Notes: generated by a model not told the origin, from the letters alone. 64,000 nucleotides of DNA from Isurus oxyrinchus (GCA_026770705.1 JANJGN010000071.1:1-64000); one strand, 5' to 3'; counted from the stretch's first letter, positions 39,699 to 50,548 are shown. Numbers and translations: made by a program.

Positions 39699-39985
39699 GA
39701 GTGACGTCAGAGGGATGGTCTATGAAGGCGCTGCCTCGGAGGGCCATCAGCAGCTCTTGTGTGGTTATTCCGTGTAGCTTTGACTTTCCTTCCCACTCTT
39801 ACACAGCACTGCACGGAGCTTGGTATAAATATTGGTATAGATGGAAATATACCATCACATACACCAAAGATCCCAATTATCGGGTGGCCACATTCGTGGG
39901 ACGTGCTAAAATAATCGGCGACTTGGAAGGGAAGAATTGTTTGGTGAGGACTGATAGTCTCAGAGCTGAAGACAGTGACGTGTAT
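39699..39985 (+). pseudogene. Siglec-like pseudogene A, truncated V-set Ig exon
   Basis: Acceptor cctttcag|GA in phase with the leader. Translation GVTSEGWSMK...SSCVVIPCSFDFP...GAWY...GDLEGKNCLVRTDSLRAEDSDVY has the Siglec Cys pattern. It breaks into Gypsy sequence after DVY and stops at 40000. Confidence 0.85.
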
Positions 39986-41090
39986 TGCACCCAATTCTAA
40001 ATCTTTTCACCAATTAGTCGACCTCATGAAGATGTGTTTTCAGCTGAAGCCGTGGGTAATAATGCAGAGGTTTAAGTTTAACTCCAGAGTAAGGGCCCAG
40101 GGAGAGTCCATCGCAACCTATACAGTGAAGTGGAAGCAGGTGACTGAGCACTGGGACCTCGGAGACACACTCAATGACATGTTGCGGGGCCGATTGGTTT
40201 GTGTCGTTCACCCCAACGCCATTCAGAGCCGTTTACTCGCAGAAGCCGACATCGATTTGAAGCGCACCATGGAAATAGCGCCAGGCATGGAAAGTGCTGG
40301 GAGAGACTGGCGGGATTTACAGGATGTACAACATGGCACCAGTCCTCAGCTGGGACAGGAACCAACCACCGGGCGTGAGGCTCAAACTGGAGTGAGAGAG
40401 AGAGAGAGAGAGACAGCCGCCAAGCGAGAGACAGTCTCTGCCGCTCCAGAAACTAAAAGGCTTTGTGGGAGTATTTCAGCAGCAACTCCGAAGTTGGCCT
40501 GTTCTCGATGTGGGGGGCATTGAGCACGTACTGGACACCTGCAGGTTCAAGGGGGCAGAATGCCATCACTGCCACAAGAAAGGGGCGGGTAATAAAGCAA
40601 TGCAGGGTGAAATCGAGACAGCCCATCAGGCAGTGCACCAACATGATGGAAGTGAATAATATCACAGAGCCTGAAGCTGCTGATACCGATGTCTATTCCC
40701 TGTCCAATGTCACAGTGGTAAAAACTGAACCTATAACCATCACAACCCAAGTGAATGGGCAGCCACTAGTAATGGGGCAGATACGGGAGCCTCAGACACA
40801 GTGGTGGAAGAGCCCACATTTAAACAGCTAAATGAAGGAACCCAGACGCTGAATTTAGAGCAAACAATGGATCAGCTGAAGACACACACTGGAGAATCCA
40901 TACAGGGAAAGGACCTCATCCCAGTACCTGTGTCCTACAGGCAGCAGACAGCCCAGCTTCCAGTGATCATAGCGACAGGTGAGGGCCCTAGTCTTCTGGG
41001 CCGAGACTGGTTCCAGAAAACCAAGCTCAGCTGCTCTGAAATGTTTCACTGGAGGAGTTGCTGAGTTGCTGGGGGAATATGAGAGTGTAT
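39986..41090 (+). mobile_element. Degenerate Ty3/Gypsy gag-protease fragment
   Basis: Gag motifs QRFKFNSRVRAQGESIATY and LNDMLRGRLVC; zinc knuckles CSRCGGH and CHHCHKKG; protease DTGAS at 40780 and GPSLLGRDW. Frameshifted. Confidence 0.9.
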
Positions 41091-41357
41091 CTCGGGAATG
41101 AGTTTGAAGAATTGAAGCATCCTCACAGGCTGCAAGTGTCCCTCAGGTCAGAGTTGGTTCCACTGGAAAATCCTGAAGAGAAAGAAAGCGAATTCTGTGC
41201 CGCTCTGAGCAAACTGAAGAAACAGTTGGCAGGGAAGACCCAACCATGTCCAATGTTCCAGGAGGAAGGCAAGAGATACAAGGAAGAGACTGAAGAGCTG
41301 AAGATTCAGCTGAATGAAACCAAAGAGGCAGTTACAGTATCACAACAAGTTTACAGT

Positions 41358-41682
41358 GCAGAAGGAGGCCATTCAGCCCCTTGAGCCTGTTACACAGGAA
41401 CAGGAGGAGGCCATTCAGCCCCCTCAAGCCTGTTACACAGGAACAGGAGGAGGCCATTCAGTCCCCTCGAGCCTGTTACACAGAAACAGGAGGAGGCCAT
41501 TCAGTCCCCTCGAGCCTGTTACACAGGAACCAGAAGAGGCCCATTCAGCCCCCTCGAGACTGTTACACAGGAACAGGAGGAGGCCATTCAGCCCCCTCAA
41601 GACTGTTACACAGAAACAGGAGGAGGCCATTCTGCCACTTATGTCCGTTATACAGGAACAGGAGGAGGCCATTCAGCCCCTT
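41358..41682. repeat. ~43-bp minisatellite derived from the CR1 3' end
   Basis: Monomer gagcctgttacacaggaacaggaggaggccattcagcccctc resembles the reverse complement of the CR1 tail at 44331-44366. Confidence 0.85.
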
Positions 41683-42064
41683 GTAGGGTGTGGTGGTGTG
41701 TGTCAGCTTCACCTGCGACTTCTGAGCCGTCTGAATCACTCCCAATCCCTGGGTTCTAGACCTTGGACTTATTCGGGGCTTGTCACAAAGTGCAGCAGAC
41801 AACTGGTTTTGGTGCAAGACAAAAACTGAGTTTACTGAAGTCACAAATGAACTTATAACATTAGGATGACACTGAGATTATACAGACTTACAAAGTACAC
41901 TGAGTTAAGAATGGGGAACACACGGCATAACGAGGGAGAATCACGCTACTAATGCCCTTACCCTTGTCCCACCCCCAAACCCTAACTAAATTGCACTAGG
42001 AGAGGTCAGGGGTCATGCTCACCAACCCAGGGTTCCTTGACAGTTGGAAATTTTGAGAACCCTT

Positions 42065-42690
42065 CAAGAGATGGGGAGGGTTACAGGGGCTGGAGGAGGT
42101 TACAGAGATAGGGAGGGTTGTAGGGGCTGGAGGAGGTTACAGAGATAAGGAGTGTTGTAGGGGCTGGAGGAGGTTACAGAGATAGGGAGGGTTGTAAGTG
42201 CTGGAAGCTGTTCCAGAGATAGGGAGGGTTGTAGGGGCTGGAGGAGGTTACAGGTATAGGGAGGGTTGTAGGGGCTGGAGGATGACACAGAGATAGGGCG
42301 AGTTGCAGGGGGTGGAGCAGGTTGTAGAGATAGGGAGGGTTGTAGGGACTGGAAGAGATTACAGAAATAGGGAGGGTTGTGGTGGTTGGAGGATGTTACA
42401 GAGATGGGCAGGATTGTCAAGGCTGGTGGAGGCTTGGGAGATTATTAGGGTTACAGTGGCTAGAGGAGGTGACATGTATAGGGGTGTTGTCGGGCTGGAG
42501 GTTGTTACAGGGATAGGGAGGATTGTATGGGCTTGTGAAGGAGGTTACAGATATAGGGAGGGTTGTGGGAGGTGGAGGAGGTTACAGAGATGGGGAGGAT
42601 TGTAGGGGCAGGTGGAGGTTACAGAGATAGGGAGGGTTGTAGGGGCTGGAGGAAAGGGACAGAGAGAGGAGGTTACAGATATAGGGAGGG
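42065..42690. repeat. 37-bp minisatellite (gagatagggagggttgtaggggctggaggaggttaca), L2-derived
   Basis: Tandem array; the inverted array lies at 45301-46160. Confidence 0.9.
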
Positions 42691-42844
42691 AGACAGTCAG
42701 AGAGAGAGCCTCCAGGAGATAGAGAGCGATAGAGAGATTGAGAGACAGACAGAGACTGAGAGAGGGGGAAGAGAGAAGGAGAGTGAGAGAGAGAGAGAGC
42801 GATTGTGAAAGATGGTGGAAGGGAAGAGTGGGGAGGAGGGGGCC

Positions 42845-43190
42845 TGATGGTATTTTCGCTGGACCAGTAATCCAGAGACCCAGTGTAATGCTCCTGGGAC
42901 CCTGGTTAGAATCTCACCACAGCAGTTGGTGGAATTTCAATTCAATAAAAACCTGGAATTAAAAGTCCGATGATGACCAGGAAACCATTGCTGATTCTTG
43001 TATTTGGGTCACAAATGCCCTTTAGGGAGGGAAATCTGCTGTCCTTACCTGGTCTGGCCTACATGTGACTCCAGACCCACAGCAATGTGGTTCACTTTTA
43101 AAAAGTGGCCTCTGAACAAGGGCAATTAGGGTTGGGCAATAAATGCTGGCCTAGGCAGTGATGTCCACATCACATGAAAGAATGAAATAA
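42845..43190 (+). mobile_element. tRNA-derived SINE with LINE-shared tail (related copies ~58470-58838, interrupted, and ~60010-60275)
   Basis: Shared body cctttagggaaggaaatctgc...tacatgtgactccagac and tail gggcaataaatgctggcctag. Confidence 0.75.
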
Positions 43191-43764
43191 AAGGACAGAG
43201 AGGGACAGACAGAGTCGAGAGACACCCAGAATGAAAAAAAACACAGTAAACACTGGAAAATAAACATTCTGGTCTGATCTGGTCTTGTATACCTTCAAAT
43301 GGAACACCAGTAAAACAGGGAAATAAGAGTACTGGGCCAAACTGTTAGAGATGGTCACATTTAGAGAGAGAGAGAGAGAGAGAGAAAGAGGGAGACACTG
43401 AAAGAGATAAGGACAAGGAAAGAAAGAGTGAGAGAGAGAGAGACAGACAGAGACACACAAAGAAGTAGAAAGAAAGTGATAGAGATGAAGCAGGAGAGAA
43501 TGAGGAGAAAGATAGATAGATAGAGAGAGAGGATGGTAGAGAAAGAGAACGAGAGGAAAAGAGACAAAGGCAGAATGTGATGGAACACTGAATCCTTGTC
43601 TATGCGTTTTGAAATCCAGCCCAGAACTATCATTGGAAGATTCAGCGAGTGTCCAGTACAGGGGACCCAGCCCAACCTTCTCATCCTGACCTTCCCAGTG
43701 GGGCTGAAGAGGGCAGAGAGGAAACCTTCCTCTGTTATTCTGTTGTCGAATAAACACAACAATT

Positions 43765-44376
43765 CTGGAACTCTGCCCTTTCTATCTCACGGATTAGAAT
43801 ATAAGGGGGCAGAGGTCATGCTTCAGTCTACATAAAGCCCTGGCTAGACCACACCTGGAGTCACTGTGAGACATTCTGGGCCCCACACCTTAGGAAGGAT
43901 ATATTGACCTCGGAGGGAGAGCAGTGTCAGTTTACCAGAATGAGACCGGGACTCCAAGGGTTAAATCACAAGGAGAGATTAAACACAAACTCGGCTTGTA
44001 TTCCCTGGAAGTTAGAATGTTAAGCAGGAGATTTGATGAAAGTTCGCATGATAATAAGGGGAACAGATCGGGGGCGATAAAGAGAAACCATTTCCCCTGG
44101 TTGGGGGGAGTCTGGGACTCAGGGTCAGAGCCTAAAAAGGAATTAAATTAGGAAGTACAAAGGGTGGGAGAAATTTGGAACTCTCTTCCCCAAACAGGAA
44201 CTGATGCACGATCAAGTTGTTCATTTTAAACCTGTGAGACTGATAGATTTTTGTTATCCAAAGGTATTAAAGGAGATGGGACAAAGCCATATGGGGCTAG
44301 TTTGCAGATCAGCCATGATCTCATTGAATGGTGGAGCAGGCTCGAGGGGCCAAATGGCCTCCTCCTACCCTCATGT
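43765..44376 (+). mobile_element. CR1-type LINE 3' end
   Basis: GLEYKGAEVMLQ-like coding remnant followed by the tail gatctcattgaatggtggagcaggctcgaggggcc. Confidence 0.8.
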
Positions 44377-44719
44377 AATAGAAACTTACCTGTCAGAAGC
44401 CAGTTTATGTTGATGTGAGTCTGAGTCGATGACTGAACCCAGTTGGTAACTTGTTCCATACAAAGCAAGAACGTTCATGCCCTTCAATGTTCCTGGATAA
44501 ACCATGAACAAAGCTGGTGACAGACAGTCTCCACATGGTAAACAGTTAACCCCTAAACCTCAGCGTAAATCAGTTCCCCCTCGAGGCCCCTTGTCCAAAA
44601 TAAAAGCAACGCACACAATTTGTAAAATAGTAAGTGTAGCAATGAGAGGAGTAAGGGGTTAGGGGGCATGCGGTTCACCTGATTTGCCGACATAAGAACC
44701 AGCCCCTCTGTTTTTGCTA

Positions 44720-44945
44720 TGTTGTGTTGCGTCAATATGAACACATATCTGCACAAGGTGAAGGGCGTTGCGGAGGGACTGATAGTTCTCGGTGCCAGAC
44801 AGTCAATGTCCCAGTGACCTTACTGCTGGTCCCAGGCCAGTGGGACAGGGAACATCGACACTGCAATATCCAGAAATGGGTGTGATACCACACAGCAACC
44901 CGCCCCCGGCTGTCCCCTTCAAGTGTTTCAGGTATAAGAGCAGGA
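44720..44945 (+). promoter_or_regulatory. Candidate TATA promoter of the small two-exon gene
   Basis: TATAAG 44933-44938, GC box cccgccccc ~44899-44907, GGTGCCAGAC 44791-44800, TTGCGTCAAT 44727-44736. ATG lies 77 nt downstream of the TATA start. Confidence 0.5.
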
Positions 44946-45009
44946 AGCTCCTCTAGTTACAAACCAAAGCATCAAAGCAGAGCCAGAAGATCAGAAGAGA
45001 CAGGCAGAG

Positions 45010-45102
45010 ATGGGAAGCTCCCAGATGAAATGGCGACTTGTCTTGTTCACTCTGACTTTGCTGCTCTCCCTGCAGCTGAGTCACTTCTTCTCCTTGTCGA
45101 GG
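45010..45102 (+). CDS. Signal-peptide exon of a small secreted-peptide precursor (hepcidin-like exon 1?): MGSSQMKWRLVLFTLTLLLSLQLSHFFSLSR
   Basis: ATG at 45010, basic n-region plus Leu-rich h-region, phase-0 donor AGG|gtaagc after 31 codons. Not in the ORF track. Hepcidin identity is inferred from exon size, phase and locus context. Confidence 0.55.
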
Positions 45103-45300
45103 GTAAGCTAAGAGATGTCCCTCTGGGTGAGGTGTTTCTTGCACATGACTCTACGTCTACCACCCAGATAGACTGGTCTCTTCCGCAGTTTGATATTATT
45201 ATGTTCGTGCCTTTAATATTGTCGCCCTCTATGAATTTAACATCATTTCCTTCTGTCGTTTCCCCTGAAATTCTCATTCTTGTTTTCAATCCCTCCTCAG

Positions 45301-46160
45301 CCACTCCCTATCTCTGTAACCTCCACCAGGCCTTACAACCCTCCCTATCTCTGTAACCTCCTCCAGCCCCTACACCCCTCCCTATCTCTGTAACCTCCTC
45401 CAGCCGCTACAACCCTCCCTATATCTGTAACCTCCTCCAGCCCCTACAACAATCCCTATCTCTGTAACTTCCTCCAGCCCCTACAACTGTCCCTATCTCC
45501 GTAACCTCCTCCAGCCCCTACAACCCTCCCTATCTCTGTAACCTCCTCCAGCCCCTATAAACCTCCCTATCTCTGTAACCTCCTCCAGCCCCTACAACCC
45601 TACCTATCTCTGTAACCTCCCCCAGGCCCCACAACCCTCATGATCACTGTAACCTCCTCTAGACCCTACAACCCTCCCTATCTCTGTAACCTGCTCCAGA
45701 CCCTACAACCCTCCCTATCTCTGTAACCTCCTCCAGGCCCTACAACCCTCCCTATCTCTGTAACCTCCTCCAGGCCCCACGACCCTCAGAATCACTGTAA
45801 CCTCCTCCAGCCCCTACAATGCTCATGAACTCTATAACGTCCTCTCCACACTATAACTCTCCCTATCTCTGTAACCTACTATGGCCCCTACAACAGTATC
45901 TATTTTGGTAACCTCCTCCAGCCTCTACAACCCTCCCTACCTCTGTAACCTCCTCCAGCCCCCACAACCCCCCCCATCTCTTTAACCTCCTACAGCCCCT
46001 ACTCACCTCCCTATCTCTGTAACCTCCTACAGCCCCTACAACCTTCCCTATCTCTGTCACCTCCTACAGCCTCTAGAACCCTCCCTATCTCTGTTACCTC
46101 CTACAGCCTCTACAACCCTCCCTATCTCTGTAACCTCCTCCAGCCGGAACAACCCTACCT
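45301..46160. repeat. 37-bp L2-derived minisatellite, opposite orientation to 42065-42690
   Basis: Monomer tgtaacctcctccagcccctacaaccctccctatctc, preceded by the L2 ORF2 remnant (ILILVF...PYLCNL). Confidence 0.9.
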
Positions 46161-46214
46161 AAATCTCTGGTCTGAGTCTCACTCCAGGGAATTCAGTCCC
46201 ATAACGTCGGTCAA

Positions 46215-46812
46215 CACTCCGTGCTGAGGGAGTGCTGGACTGTCAGAGGGTCAGTAGTGTGGAAGTGTTGCACTATTGGAGGGACAGTACTGAGTGAGTG
46301 CTATACTGTCGGAGGTCAGTACTGAGGAAGTGCTGCATTGTTACAGGGTCAGTACTGTGGAAGTGTTGCACTGTCGGAGGGTCAGTACTGAGGTAGCGCT
46401 GCACTGACGGAGGGACAATACTGTGGGAGTGCAGCACTATCGAAGGGTTAGTACTGAGGGAGTGCTGCAGTGTCAAAGGGTTAGTACTGAGGGAGCACAA
46501 CAATGTTGAATGAGACATTAAACCGAGTCCCCCGTCTGCCCTCTCGGGCGGGTGTGAAAGATCCCACAGCCACTATTTGGAGGAAGAGCAGGGGGTGTTC
46601 TCCCCGGTGTCCTGGGACCAATATTTATCCCTCACCCAACATCACCAAAAACAGATGATCTAGGCCATGATCACATTGCTATTTGTGGGATCTTGCTGTG
46701 CACAAATCAGCTGCCACATTTCCTACAGTGTGAGTGCACTTCAAAAACATCCTTCAGTGGCTGTGAAATGCTTTGGGATGTGGTGAAAGGCGTTAGAGAA
46801 ATGCAAGTCTGT
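46215..46812 (+). mobile_element. Deu-domain (SacSINE1-like) SINE with a tandemly expanded 33-bp segment
   Basis: 33-bp repeats, then gagacattaaaccgagtccc...aaagatcccacagccactatt..., ending aaatgcaagtct. Confidence 0.8.
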
Positions 46813-46909
46813 CCTCCTCCCCCTCTCTCTCCTGTACCTCTCTCTCTCTCTCTCCCTCTCCCTCAATCCTCCTCTCACTTTCTCCCTGATAAATTCTTTC
46901 TTTTTGCAG

Positions 46910-46966
46910 GTTGACACTGCTTTAGGTTCTTCGACGATTGAGAAATCTGTGGATTCCCCGGACACG
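46910..46966 (+). CDS. 57-nt phase 0-0 exon VDTALGSSTIEKSVDSPDT (hepcidin-like prodomain exon 2?)
   Basis: Strong acceptor ttctttctttttgcag, donor ACG|gtaggt, in frame with 45010-45102. Confidence 0.55.
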
Positions 46967-47654
46967 GTAGGTGGAAATTCATTCCTTATTTTAAGGTTTC
47001 TCCCTGCTCGTTTCTTCCACAGAAAGTTTTCTGATTTCAAGCTGATTTCAGTGGCAGTCTGTCTCGGTTATACTCAGGAGGCATGTTTGAAATCGAACCC
47101 CCCCCGCCCCCTTTTTTTGCAAAGCTGGGAAGAGGCAATTCCAAGGAAGTGAACATATCCCCACAGGAATTTTAAATGTAACCCACGCCGGGAATAGTGA
47201 GAGGGAGACTGATCCAGCCTGGGAGTGGGTTAAAGAGAGGCTGGGAGTCGAGAGTCGGAGAGAGGGATGGAATGGGGGAGGGAGGGATTGGAAGAGAGAG
47301 ACAGAGAGTGGGACGGGGAGGGGTGAAAGGGAAAGAACATAGGTGGGAGAGAGTGACAGAGGGAGAAATTAAAGAGATGCAGAGTGAGGGAAAGTGAAAA
47401 GGGAAGAGTGATTGTCCAAGAGAGAGAAATTAACAGGAAAGGGAGAGTTACAGAGTGAGCGAAAGTTACAAAAATAGTGTGAGAGAGAGGGAGAGATACA
47501 GAGTGGGAGAAGGAGACAGGGGAGAGAGAGGGAGAGAGACAGGAAAAGGGAGAGAGGAGAGAAAGATTGGGAGAGAGGGCAATTGAGAGGAAGAGTAGGA
47601 GAGAGAGAGACAGGGAGAGGAGGAGTGGATGAGAGGAAGAGAGAGAGATATGGA

Positions 47655-47995
47655 GCAGGAGAACACCTCCTCCGGTCCCGATGTTCCTCCAAAATCTCTG
47701 ACATTACTGCATCTCCCGGGTCCCCCTGATTCCCATCGCTCCACCATTGGTGGCCGTGCCTTCAGCTGCCTGGGGCCCTGAGCTCCGGAATACCCTCCCT
47801 TAACCTCTCTGCCTCTCTCTCTCTCTCTCCTTTAAGACGCTCCTTAAAAACTGACATCTTTGACCAAGCTTTTGGTCACCTAACCCTAATATCTCCATAT
47901 GTGACTCAGTGTTAGACGTCTCTCTGATTTACGCTCCGGTAATGTGGGCTGGGACATTTTGCAATATCAGAGGCGCTGTGTAAATGCAAGTTGTG
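47655..47995 (+). mobile_element. L2-type LINE 3' end
   Basis: cgctccaccattggtggccgtgccttcagctgcc...tcctttaagacgctccttaaaa...aaatgcaagttg. Confidence 0.7.
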
Positions 47996-48494
47996 AGTGT
48001 TATGTGGAAGGGAGACCCCAGGCGGCAGTCAGTGCCAGAGACTGGAGTCATTGTGTGCAGACCGTATCTAATCTCTCCGAATGCACAATCGGTTTGACTG
48101 TCAGCCAAAGCACTTTTGATATTTGATCCTTCTAACTGTTTATAACCAGGCCTACATCAAACACCGAGAGGCTGGTTAATCAACAGACACCTTAGAGGAT
48201 CAAGTGAAAGACAAAGAGGACTTGCATTTCTCTAGCGCCTTCCAACACATCAGGACGTCCCAAAGTGTTTCGCAGACAATCAAGTGCTTTTTTTCTTTCA
48301 TGTGACGTCACTGATGTACTGTGGGAAAAGAATCAGCCATTGGCGCACAGTAAGATCCCACAGACAGCAGCATGATAATGACCAGCGCGCTCCCAGTACT
48401 TGCACTGCAAGTGTCAGTTCAGGATGTGTGCTCGATTCTCTGCAACTCTCAGCTCTGAGTTAAAAGGACCACCAGGCATAATTGAGAAATTACC

Positions 48495-48915
48495 GAGCTG
48501 TCGGAGGGTCAGTACCGGCGGGGGGGCAGGACAGTCGGAGGGTCAGTACTGAGGGGGTGCTGCATTGTCAGACGGTCAGTCTTGGAGTGCTGCACTGTCA
48601 GAGGGTCAGTACCGGCGGGGGACTGCACAGTCGGAGGGTCAGTACTGAGGGGGTGCTGCATTGTCAGACGGTCAGTACTGAGGGAGTGCTGCACTGTCAG
48701 AGGGTCTGGGCTAAGGGAGTGCTGCACTGATGGAGGGTCAGTACTGAGTGAGTGCTGCACTGTCAGAGGGTCAGTGCTAAGGGAGTGCTGCACTGTTGGA
48801 GGGTCAGTGCTAAGGAAGTGCTGCACTGTACAGAGGGAGTGTGAGACTGACAGAGGGTCACTATTGAGGATGTGCTGCACAGTCGGGGGGGTCAGTACTG
48901 AGGGAGCACTGCACT
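48495..48915 (+). repeat. 33-bp Deu-SINE-derived minisatellite (paralogous array 51570-51852)
   Basis: Tandem cagtactgagggagtgctgcactgtcagagggt. Confidence 0.9.
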
Positions 48916-49061
48916 GCCATAGGTGGTTTCTTTCAGATGACATGAGAGAGAGGGTTAAACCCACTGAGACAAGACTGACACTAGCGAGGCTGCTCAATAA
49001 TTTAACCCTATCAGTGCCAGTAAATAATGTGAGGATGTCTTCTGTTTCCATTTCTCTGTAG

Positions 49062-49310
49062 GGTAAACAGAACGTGCTGATTACTGAGCCCCGGAACACA
49101 ACCAGAGACACAACTAGTGAGGGGGAGACCCCAGCTCCGCGGGGTCTCTCTGAAGGTGCATTGGGAGGCGATGCTGGACATTGGCACATCGACAATCCCA
49201 ACGGCCTTCTCTACGCCAATCCCCAAGTATTGAGGATGTCCAGTGATGATGGGTCTGTCCACAGGGAAGAGGAGACGGAATACGCACAGATCAGGTTCGA
49301 GCATAACTGA
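49062..49310 (+). pseudogene. Orphan Siglec-like terminal cytoplasmic exon A (ITIM-like LLYANP, ITSM TEYAQI)
   Basis: Acceptor tttctctgtag|GGT in phase 0, 82 open codons then TGA; AATAAA at 49843. No transmembrane exon found upstream. Confidence 0.8.
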
Positions 49311-49508
49311 ATGAGAAATGGGGAGTGGGAGTGAGGAGGTGTGAGGGTGGGGGGTAGTGATTGAGTTTCCTGGGAACAGGAAACAACCCACTGGGGGAGA
49401 GGGGGAGAGAGGGAGGAAGGGATGCGATTGGGCTGCGGTTGCTGTGGTTTGGAATGAAATGCTTCTCCAGAGAGGACTGGATGCTGAGCCACTGGGGATA
49501 GAGATTCA

Positions 49509-49547
<39 letters not shown>

Positions 49548-49879
49548 TCTTTGTCTTTCTTTCTGTGTCTGTCACTCATTCTCTATCTCCAGCTCCTCCT
49601 TTAAGATGCCCGTTAATAACTGACTTTGTTGACTCAGCTGTTGGTCTCCTGTCCCTTATATCTCCTCATGTGCCTCAGAGTCAGGTGAAGATGTGACTAA
49701 CAATTCCCGGATGAGCCTTGGGACATTTTGCTACATTAAAGGTCCTATATAAATGCAAGTAGTTGCAGTAAGTCTGATCTGCTTCGATTAACAATGGAAC
49801 CACAAAGGCTCCTTCGACAGGGCGTGTGTGCAGGAGGATCCCAATAAATACATTGAGCTGTGAGATTTTTAATTCTTAC

Positions 49880-50332
49880 ATCGAATGTGGCTGTCACTGG
49901 TGATGCCAGCATTAATGCCCATCCCTAATTGCCCTTGAGAAGGTGGTGGTGATCAGCCTTCTTGACCCGCTGCAGTCCATGTGGTGTAGGTACACCCACA
50001 GTGCTGTTAGGGAGGGAGTTCCAGGATTTTGACCCAGTGACAGTGAAGGAACGATGATATATTTCCAAGTCAGGATGGTGAGTGGCTTGGAGGGGAACTT
50101 CCAGGTGGTGGTGTTCCCATGTGTCTGCTGCCCTTGTCCTTCTAGATGGTAGAGGTCGTGGGTTTGGAAGGTGCTGTTGAAGGAGCCTTGCTGAGTTGCT
50201 GCAGTGCATCTTGTAGATGGTACACACACTGCTTCCACTGTGTGTTCGTTGTGGAGGGAGTGAATGTTTAATGTGGGGGATGGGGTGTAGATCAATCGGG
50301 CTGCTTTGTCCTGGATGGTGTCAAGCTTCTTG
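49880..50332 (-). mobile_element. Non-LTR retrotransposon 3' end (related + copy ~53120-53375)
   Basis: ORF2 C-terminus ...SFTVTGSKSWNSLPNSTVGVPTPHGLQRVKKADHHHLLKGN* plus the tail shared with the SINE at 42845. Confidence 0.8.
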
Positions 50333-50466
50333 ATTCTGTGCTTTGTATAGAACTGATTTAAAGAGACAGTCCCAGTCGTTGGTCTAAGATTACAGTGGGC
50401 TCTGTGTCTGTGCTACACTGACTCTCTGCTATATGATAACCACAGTGTGATATTGTGTTATTGCAG

Positions 50467-50548
50467 GAGAAAGACAGCGATGGAGGAGAGAGTTTCAGGG
50501 ACCAGAGACATTGCATTGACCCCCAGTCCACTCTCTGTGAAGCACCAG
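50467..50548 (+). pseudogene. Orphan juxtamembrane cytoplasmic exon (x-RKTAMEERVSGTRDIALTPSPLSVKHQ)
   Basis: Acceptor tgttattgcag, donor CAG|gtacag. 82 nt gives phase 2 to phase 0, in frame with the exon at 51997. It starts with basic stop-transfer residues. Confidence 0.7.

Noticed and set aside
43170-43762. Hydrophobic minus-strand ORFs as a transmembrane exon
   Set aside because: Translation of a GA-rich low-complexity tract, on the wrong strand for the Siglec exons.
45010-46966. Assigning the HAMP symbol
   Set aside because: The diagnostic Cys-rich mature peptide is absent; support is only architecture and context.
47944-48126. Cys-containing ORF (QRRCVNASCEC) as the missing hepcidin exon 3
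   Set aside because: It derives from the L2/SINE tail (aggcgctgtgtaaatgcaagttg) and has the wrong Cys spacing.
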